A DNA stretch of 64,000 bases, taken from Zygnema circumcarinatum SAG 698-1b (Eukaryota > Plantae > Zygnematophyceae). The position numbers were made by a program, and so were the translations under genes. Of the stretch, positions 55,678 through 64,000 are shown in pieces (position 1 is the stretch's first letter; every line of letters starts with the position of its first letter). The stretch lies in NCBI GenBank assembly GCA_037447605.1, contig CM074814.1, positions 1,302,001 through 1,366,000 on the forward strand, given 5' to 3'. The notes beneath the pieces were generated by a model. That model made no database searches. It saw nothing but the letters and a program-made list of their open reading frames with translations, and had not been told where the DNA came from.

Positions 55678-57314
55678 AACCCTAAAACCCTAGAAACCGT
55701 ACTAGCCGTACTCGCCGTACTTGCCGTACTTGACAAAACTCACCGAATCTTCCCGCACGTGCCGCCGTAAGAGGCGCTCGCTCGTCTTTCCTCCTTTTTG
55801 GTTCCGATACGACATGATACGATACTGAACGACACGGTACGATATGGTACGATATGGTACGGTACGGTACGTACGGTCCAACATGACTCTAACACGAACT
55901 CTAACAATACCGCCCGTCTATTGGTAACACGAACCTTCTATTTGCAAAAATCAATATTTTCGCCTCATATTTGCCAAAACCATGGCGAAAATATGAGGAC
56001 TGTTGACTTTAACGGCTACTACAGCTCGTACGGCTAGTACGGATAGTACCGTATCGGAGCGTTTCGTATCGAAGCCAATAACAAGGGGAGAGGACTCAGA
56101 GGAGTGAGCACCTCTTACGGCGGCCCGTGCGGGGAGATTAGGTGAGTTTGCGTAAGCCCGTGACGGCTAGTACAGCTAGTACGGCTAGTACGAATAGTAC
56201 GAATAGTACGAATTGTACGAATTGTACAAATTGTACAAGTTACCGTACACAAAAGTGGTTTCGGCAAAATTGGTGCGAATTTATTGGTGACGCAAATGTT
56301 GAGGTGGAAAATATGATGGGGTCCTACTGTACTGTACTGTATGTATAGGGGGTCCTCGTCATATTTTCCACCTGGTTTCGGCAAATAACGGGCGAAAGTA
56401 TTGTTTTTGGCAAATAGAAGGTCCGTGTTACCAATAGGCGAGCGGAATGATGTTAGTGTTCATGTATATCCGTACGCATCGTATCGTATCGTTTGTTGTC
56501 ATATCGTATCGCATCGTACCATATCGGCTACTACAGATCGTATGGCTAGTACGGATACTACCGTATCGGGAAGTATCGCATCGTATCTTATCGTATCAAA
56601 GCTAAAAAAGAAGGGGAGACGAGCGAGCGCCTCTCATGGCGGCACGTGCGGGGAGATTAGGTGAGTTTTGCGTATAGGGGGTCCTCGTCATATTTTCCAC
56701 CTGGTTTCGGCAAAATTGGTGCGAATTTATTGGTGACGCAAATGTTGAGGTGGAAAATATGATGGGGTCCTACTGTACTGTACTGTATGTATAGGGGGTC
56801 CTCGTCATATTTTCCACCTGGTTTCGGCAAATACCGGGCGAAAATATTGTTTTTGGCAAATAGAAGGTCCGTGTTACCAATAGGCGAGCGGAATTATGTT
56901 AGTGTTCACGTACGTCCGTACGTATCGTAACGTATCGTTTGTTGTCATATCGTGCCGCATCGTACCGTATCGGCTACTGCAGGTCGTACGGCTAGTACGG
57001 ATAGTACCGTATCGGGCCGTATCGTAACGTATCGTATCGTATCGAATCCAAAAGGAAGGGGAGAAGAGCGAGCGCCTCTTACGGCGGCACGTGCGGGGAG
57101 ATTAGGTGACGTTTTGCGTAAGCCCGTAACGGCTAGTACAGCTAGTACGGCTAGTACGGTCAGTACGAATTGTACGGTTTTTAGGGTTTTAGGGTTTTAT
57201 GGTACGGATAGTACGGCTAACACGAAGGTACCGTACAAAAAGGTGGTTTCGGCAAAATCGGTGCGAATTTATTGGTGACGCACTGTTGAAGGTGGAAAAT
57301 ATGACGAGGACCCC
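55678..57314. mobile_element. Array of rearranged MITE family 1 copies
   Basis: Repeated TIR motifs (ggtggaaaatatgatggggtcctactg; ggggtcctcgtcatattttccacc), the core gagcgagcgcctcttacggcggcacgtgcggggagattaggtg, and (AGTACGG)n and (TATCG)n arrays. Confidence 0.85.
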
Positions 57315-58288
57315 TGTAGCATAGTGGAGCTGCGCTCGACGGATCCGCGTCAGTTCAGTTGTACTTGGTATAGGGCCTCTTCAGAATCACGGATCAGCAG
57401 AATCCAGGAGCTGCCAACGGAGGATGCGAGAAGGCAGTACCATGTGTTGGCGGCCCACGGAACAGCACATCATCCAGCAAGGCGCACTCGGAGCGCCGCA
57501 AATTGCCGCTGATAGTTATTAGTTGACCCATCGTAAGGCTCCACATAGTCAGCCAAGCCACTCAGTGGTCAGTTGGCCAATCAGAGACTGTCACTACTAA
57601 GACTCAGGATTTACTGTCAGAGATAGATAGATGGGATGTCAGTGATGCTAGTTTGTCTTTTAGTGCTGGGCTTAGTATTTGTATTTGCTGTGTGGTTTGT
57701 TGTCCTGTTCTTCTTTTCTTCCTCTCAAGCTNNNNNNNNNNAGATGCTAGTACGAGAGAGAAAGAGTTCCACTGCAGAGAGAGAGAGAGAGTCTTCTTGC
57801 TGATAGCATTTAGACATCCAATTCAGCCCAGCCAGACAAGCATTTCAGTGAGAAGACACTTATATTGTAATGAGAATCCCTAGCCAATCGCTGGCTGGGG
57901 TGAGTTTCGAAGACACACCCTTTTTCTAAGTTGATTTCTTGTTACCATGCCAAGCTCCAACCAGCGCATTATCCGCTTTCATTTCTCCCACGATCGGCGA
58001 TATTCAGGAGCTCAGCCAGCAGAATAGCCGAAGAGAGAACAAGAAGTTATCCCCGCGCGAAGTGGCTTCATGCCGAAACCGGGCCGCCGGCTGGAATATC
58101 TTCAGACTTATGCCCGCGCTGGGTACCTTCGAATCCTCGCTTCCTCGTTTATATCGCAGTGGGTAATTCCACAGCTCCTTCAATCCAACCTCTTTCACAG
58201 TTTCAGCATTGCATGCATCTGTTGTCGCGTGACAGCACCTTTCAGTTTAGACCGCCACCTCCTCTTAACCCACTTATCTTAGGTTACA
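57315..58288. mobile_element. Solo LTR, about 970 bp, with TSD CCCC
   Basis: cccc|TGTAGCATAG ... TAGGTTACA|cccc. Homologous to 34465-34537 and 36405-37124; contains a 10-N gap. Confidence 0.75.
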
Positions 58289-58471
58289 CCCCCGTGAAGT
58301 CTGCAGAACGGCTAGTACGCCTAGTACGGCCAGTACGGCCGCGACGTAATTGTACCGGTTTTCAGGGTTTTAGGGTTTTATGGTACGGATAGTACGAATA
58401 GTACGGCTAACTCTAAGTTACCGTACAAAAAGATGGTTTCGGCAAAATCGGTGCGAATTTATTGGTGACGC

Positions 58472-59444
58472 TGTAGCACAAGATAAGTGGGGTTAAGAGG
58501 AGACTGCTGAGCTAGTTGCAGGTGCTGTACGACCACTCGCGCGTCCGTGCTGAAACTGATGAAGGGTTGTGTTGGTCCTGCGGGTCTCGCCTCTCGCAAG
58601 ATAGAGCCAGATCCGAGATTCGTGCAGGTAATGCTGCAATGGAAGACGAGGATCCCGGTGATGTTCCCACCGCCGGGCCGGACTCGGAGCGCGCAAAGAG
58701 CCCTTCCTTGGGTGCTCTCCTCCCCTGTCCTCTCTTCGGCTAGTCTCTTAGCTAGGCTTCTAGTTATAATTGGTCATTGGGAGGGATGCAAGGCAGGATA
58801 GAACAAGATGGTAGCTTGGCATAGTGACAGCAAAGGGAAAACAGGACTCAATTTAGATAAAGGTTGTATTTTGGAAAGTCACCCCAGCCAGCGGTTGGCT
58901 GGGGATAGTCATTACAATGAAAGGATCTTCTCACTGAAATCTTTGTCTAGCTGGGCTGAATGGGACGTCTAAATGCTATCAGCAAGAAGACTCTTTCTCT
59001 CTCTCTCTCTCTCTATCTATGGCATGGAACTCTCTCTCTCTCTCACACTTAGCATCTGTTGCTGGAACTGAAGAGGAAGAAGAGAAGAACAAGACAACAA
59101 ACCACACAGCAAATACAAATACTAAGCCCAGCACTAAAAGACAAACAAGCATCACTGACATCCCATCTACTTAACACTGACAATAGATCTTGAGCCTTAG
59201 CAGTGACAGCCTCTGATTGGCCAACTGCCCACTGAGAGGCCTGACTGACTACGTGGAGCCTTCGGATAGGTCAACGAATGATAATCGGCGGCCTTAGGCG
59301 GTGTTCCCGAGTGCGCCTTGCTGGATGGTGTGCTGTTCCGTGGGCCGCCAACACATGGCGCCGCCTTCTCGCATTCTCCGTCGGCAGCTCCTGGATTCCG
59401 CTGATCCGTGACACGGAAGAGGCATATGTCAAGTACAATTGAAC
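58472..59444. mobile_element. Inverted LTR copy truncated by an N gap
   Basis: Starts TGTAGCACAAGATAAGTGGGG (reverse complement of the LTR right end) inside a MITE family 1 sequence and runs as an inverted homolog of 57340-58288 up to the gap at 59445. Confidence 0.78.
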
Positions 59445-59454
59445 NNNNNNNNNN

Positions 59455-61210
59455 AATAGGGCTCTCAGACTTGAAAAGTTGTTCAGAAGTTTGAAACAAG
59501 AACGAGTATTCAGACGACATATCGATCCTCATGCGGCGGAATACTTCTTCCGTAAATATCTTGTTCGTAAGACTTTAAGTCTGACACCCGCTAATGGCGG
59601 CTTGCCACGTACGCGATTTTGTACACGTGACGAATCGTTCATTTGAAGATGCCTGACTATCGTTTTGCAATGAAGGCCGCAGTTAGCCATAGGGTCAATG
59701 TGCAATGGTTAGCCATACGTTAGCCATAGACTGGAACTAAAAATCGGGCGGAAGATTATTATTCGGAGTCAGACATTGACCATCGCGTACTAAATTCCCG
59801 AATTCCTTAGGAAAATGATACAGCGGCCCCACTTTTTGGATATCGGCGCCCCCTTTTGGGAAAAAATGTACTTTTTTTTTTTGGCTAATCACCCACCCCC
59901 GCTTGGATCTTTCGGGAGGAGAGATCTTGTAGACAATCGGACCCCGCGCCTCGCGCGCAGGATCCGACTGTGGACCGACGTACGGCGCCGCGCATCGCGG
60001 CGCGACCCGCGAGATGCGGCGAGCCTACGGAAAAGTTGTCCTCACCTGACCCGTTTGGGTCAGAGGTTGCCACGTGGCAGTCTGCCATTGGACAGCCCTG
60101 CTGCCGGTCCCCCATGCCGATACAGTGGACCCCCATAATATTTTCGCCATGGTTTCGGCAAATACTGGGCGAAAATATTGCAATTTGCAAAAATAAGGTC
60201 CGTGTTACCAATAGGCGAGCGGTATTATGTTAGAGTTCATGTCTGTTCGTACGTATCGTATCGTATCGTACCGTGATTTAGATACACGAGCTCCTATTGG
60301 TGCCGTACGTATTTCGTACGACTTAGAGATTTTATTCGTACTTACCGTACAGCGTAAAAGCGTGACCCATGTTTGAAATCCGTTTCGATTAACAGATTTT
60401 GTATTTGAGAATAGGTCAGGTTAGGTTAACACCCCTAATACGTTAACATTGAGCTACCGTACAAAAAGATGGTTTCGTCAAAATCGGGGCGAATTTCTTG
60501 GGGACGCACTGTACAGGGTGGAAAATATTATGGGGGTCCACTGTATCGGCATGGGGGACCTGCAGCAGGGCTGTCCAATGGCAGACTGCCACGTGGCAAC
60601 CTCGACCCAAACGGGTCAGGTGAGGACAACGTTTCCGTAGGCTCGCCGCATCTCGCGGGCCGCGCCGCGATGCGCGGCGCCGTACGTCGGTGCACGGTCG
60701 GATCCTGCGCGCGAGGCGCGGGGTCCGATTGTCTACAAGATCTCTCCTCCCGAAAGATCCAAGCGGGGGTGGGTGATTAGCCAAAAAAAAAAAGTACATT
60801 TTTTCCCAAAAGGGGGCGCCGATATCCAAAAAGTGGGGCCGCTGTATCATTTTCCTAAGGAATTCGGGAATTTAGTACGCGATGGTCAATGTCTGACTCC
60901 GAATAATAATCTTCCGCCCGATTTTTAGTTCCAGTCTATGGCTAACGTATGGCTAACCATTGCACATTGACCCTATGGCTAACTGCGGCCTTCATTGCAA
61001 AACGATAGTCAGGCATCTTCAAATGAACGATTCGTCACGTGTACAAAATCGCGTACGTGGCAAGCCGCCATTAGCGGGTGTCAGACTTAAAGTCTTACGA
61101 ACAAGATATTTACGGAAGAAGTATTCCGCCGCATGAGGATCGATATGTCGTCTGAATACTCGTTCTTGTTTCAAACTTCTGAACAACTTTTCAAGTCTGA
61201 GAGCCCTATT
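59455..61210. repeat. Large palindrome (arms 59455-60122 and 60544-61210) tipped by MITE family 2 copies (59459-59591, 61074-61206)
   Basis: The arms are reverse complements. The outer roughly 510 bp appear identical and the inner roughly 150 bp carry scattered substitutions. Confidence 0.85.
60123..60543. mobile_element. MITE family 1 variant inserted at the exact centre of the palindrome
   Basis: catgccgaTA|CAGTGGACCCCCATAATATTTT ... AAAATATTATGGGGGTCCACTG|TAtcggcatg. Confidence 0.85.
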
Positions 61211-61642
61211 AGACAACACGCACAACATGGCTCCAAATTCAGCTCCCAAGACGGTATCGTATTGAGCATTTTTGCGTTTCACATTTTGCATTCCAACGCA
61301 GAGTGTAGAAACAAATGCGAAATGTTCGAGTCCATTCGCACTTGTTGGGGTCGAAGATGGCACGCGTTCAACATTGGAAGATTTGGAACACCAGGAATTA
61401 AGAAAAAGTTCAAGTTGGGTTTTTTTCAACAAGAAAAGTTCCTGTTCCAAAAACTCATGTTGCAAATTCATGCCATTCCATCATTGAACACTTCAAAAAA
61501 TTCCAGAATCCTGTTGGAGCTGCAGGACACGTGGCAGGCAGCACCAGGCCCAGGCCTGGCCCTACAAGGAGCGGAGGCAGCCCTGGCCTGCAATGGCGGA
61601 GCGCAGGGTCCATGGAGGGCTCCGCCTGCCACAGCCGCAGCC

Positions 61643-64000
61643 ATGGCGCCTTTAAGCTTCTTGGCGCACCTGCTCCGAGACTTCTATTCATGGCGGCGGC
61701 CGGTCCAATCTATGATTCGATCCTCTTCCGTCAGCGGAGCAGGCACTCCGCTTTCCCGCATCTCGTCCCGTCGAAGTGTGTCTCGGCTCGATGCAGATGC
61801 AGGCTGCCAGCCCATAGGGACGGTCTGGAAGATTTCCTTGGCGCCATGTCTGCCCTTGATTTGGCTGATAGGCATCCTTTATATTATCTTCTCTTTGAGA
61901 GCCACTTGGCAGCTGCATCGCACAAACGCGTGTTTTGGAAACGTTCAACATTGCAATGCCAGCCTCAATTTCGCGCAGTCGCGCATGGTGGAGCATGTAG
62001 GAGAGGGCTTCACACGTGTAGCCATCTTTACAGCTCCATTGCCATTTCAAGGCGCCGCGGAAGAGAGGCAAAGGTTAGCCCTGGCCTCGTGGCTCCGCCT
62101 GCATCCAGCCCCGCGCATTGTTCTGCTCGGGCATCATCCCTCGCTTCACAACATTGCAGCCATTTACGGTGACCGAGTTTCTGTCCGAACAGACGTCGAC
62201 TGCAGGTACTTACTTTCGAATAATGCAAGCTGCAAAGTTAAGCATCAAGAGTCAATTCAAAAGACAGCTCATCAAGAATTACGGCGTTAAGTGCCCTGCA
62301 ATTACTCCATTTATGACACAAGCGGTCATTTTCCGGGCCTCAGCAATTCAGAGACTGTTCTCACTTCCTCACGATTTTTTCCAGCAATTTTTTTCCATGC
62401 GCATCTGGGAAATGGCACGCGAGCTAGAGAGAATGCCTCACATATGTCCTTTGGATGTTTTTCCTGTTGGTCTGGTGATGGATGACTTTGCTGATGATGA
62501 CAACGAGGGGATATCTCGGGTACGATTATATTGGTGCAGTTTTTTGGGACCTCCTCTCTTTCACAGCATGCTCGGCTGTGCTCGGGGAGCTGAGGCTGAT
62601 ATAGCCATCGTCGTGAACGCCGATGTGGTACTTTTGCACGACTTCTCCGCTGCACTTGAAAAGGTGCGGCAACTACGAGGGGACTGGCTTTTGGCCTCTA
62701 ATGGCTGGGCTCCCAGCGGGTTTTCATTTGATTACGACGAGAGCAGCAGATTCTGGTACAGAACTGCAAATGGCAGCCATTTGGATGATGATCAGGTACA
62801 TATCTCAGATGATAACTGATTGTAGTATTTTGCCCCTTTTGGATCCACTAGAGTGCCCGTCACGGCCTACTTGTTCTTACAAGCTGTTACTTTCCAGCAC
62901 TCTGCTTCAGATGTTAGCCATAAAGTCCATGCCTTATAAGGCACTCACGCATTTTCCCCTCCCTTAGCTGAACCCTTCAGAATATGTAGGCTATGTTGCT
63001 GCAGATGTTCTGTTGAGGCAAGAGAGGTGTTTGGCGGCTCTAAAGTGGTTTCTTTCCTTCCCTTGAAAATTTGCAGTTACGTTGCAGTTTCTTGTCTGTG
63101 TGCAGGTAAGGCGCCTTTGCCTACCTTCATTGCGTGTGTTGGACATTTAGCCTAAGGGATGCAGTTGTGTTGTCTGTTGGCAGATGGCAGCACAAGTGAG
63201 GAGAACAAGTCAGTTCGAGCACTGTCGTGGACCTGCAATCGTAGCTTGGAACACAGGCAGGACCCCTTTACATGCAGGAGTGATGCCACCCTTCATGGCC
63301 AGCCATAGCAGGCTCTGCACTCGATGGCTTGTAAATGAGGCAATTGAGTCGAAGCTGCGGAGGGTGATTGATGTCAGCCAGGCAGTGACAGCTATATACC
63401 TGCCAACGAGGCAACAGGATGTTAGACTTAAGGGGAAAGGAAATGGAAATACTATGGACAAAAAAGGAGTTGCTTTTGCAAAAAACTTAGAACTAAGTCC
63501 TTGGACGGAGGCCATCGATGAATACCTTGCACTTTCATATGGCTCACTTAGCATCCGTCAACGCAGTTTAGAAGCTGCCACCTATGCTCTAATGAGGTGT
63601 AGGCATGAGGGAGCTGCAGGGCTGTGCTTTTTGAAACGCGGAAGAAAAAAGTGCCATTGTGATAAGCAGAAAGCTGATTCATCTGAGGTTGGGGAAGGTC
63701 TTCAAAGAGGAATAGTAGGCGATCGGGTGGGAGCTGTCATAGGTTCTGAAGACATGTCGGAAGACTCCAACATCCCGCCTATGCACGAGAATACAACAGT
63801 AAAACCGTCTGTAGTTGGAAGCTCGCAGAAAAATGGGAGTGGGGGTGGCGATTTTGAAACGAAGAGGTTAGTATTCCTTGAGAATGGCAGAGAAAACGAG
63901 GCTGCCTCTACGCTTCCCCCGCTACTTGCAAATGGACGCAAGAACAGATCTTCAGAGAGTGATGCTAATGGCTGTCTTTGCGATGATGGTAGAGCCAACA
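61643..64000 (+). CDS. RAY1: RAY1-like beta-arabinofuranosyltransferase (GT77 nucleotide-diphospho-sugar transferase), 3'-partial
   Basis: Exons 61643-62205 (TM anchor, VAIFTAPLPF...RQRLALASWLRL...VDC), 62540-62795 (FLGPPLFHSM...DWLLAS) and 63184 onward (AWNTGRTPLHAGVMPPF...WLVNEA), open to the window end. Confidence 0.85.

Noticed and set aside
57179-57198. Chromosome end/true telomere
   Set aside because: Only about 2.5 units, internal to a MITE, with genes on both sides.
61133-61642. N-terminal extension of the RAY1-like ORF
   Set aside because: It starts inside a MITE family 2 copy; the ATG at 61643 (gcagccATGG) gives a normal type II membrane architecture.

Overview
Eukaryotic, intron-rich genomic DNA from the green lineage. 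The gene set (HIT4-, RAY1-, At5g64816- and Agenet-like genes plus a MinC-domain gene) suggests a streptophyte alga or a non-seed plant; this is an inference. There is no rRNA, tRNA or CRISPR array that I can support. I can build 12 spliced or single-exon protein genes: an Occludin/ELL-domain protein (5'-partial), a DBP2-like DEAD-box helicase, Elongin A, a secreted PAN/Apple-like Cys-rich protein, ELF1, an At5g64816-like protein, a DUF1995 protein, PTH2, a HIT4-like protein, a MinC C-terminal-domain/4-TM fusion, an Agenet-domain protein and a RAY1-like glycosyltransferase (3'-partial). Two divergent intergenic regions (about 33.5-39.6 kb and 54.2-61.2 kb) are nests of non-autonomous transposons: two TA-flanked MITE families, long foldback elements, an LTR family with 4-bp target duplications found only inside one MITE family, and a large palindrome. 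Several 10-N gaps are flanked by identical duplicated blocks that are probably assembly overlaps. The top finding is a 7-exon, 404-aa nuclear gene joining a transit-peptide-like N-terminus, a recognisable cyanobacterial-type MinC C-terminal domain and a 4-helix membrane domain. Its MinC core exon is a phase 0-0 cassette bracketed by an inverted repeat. All exon models were read by eye from GT-AG signals and remembered family similarity; no database search was run.
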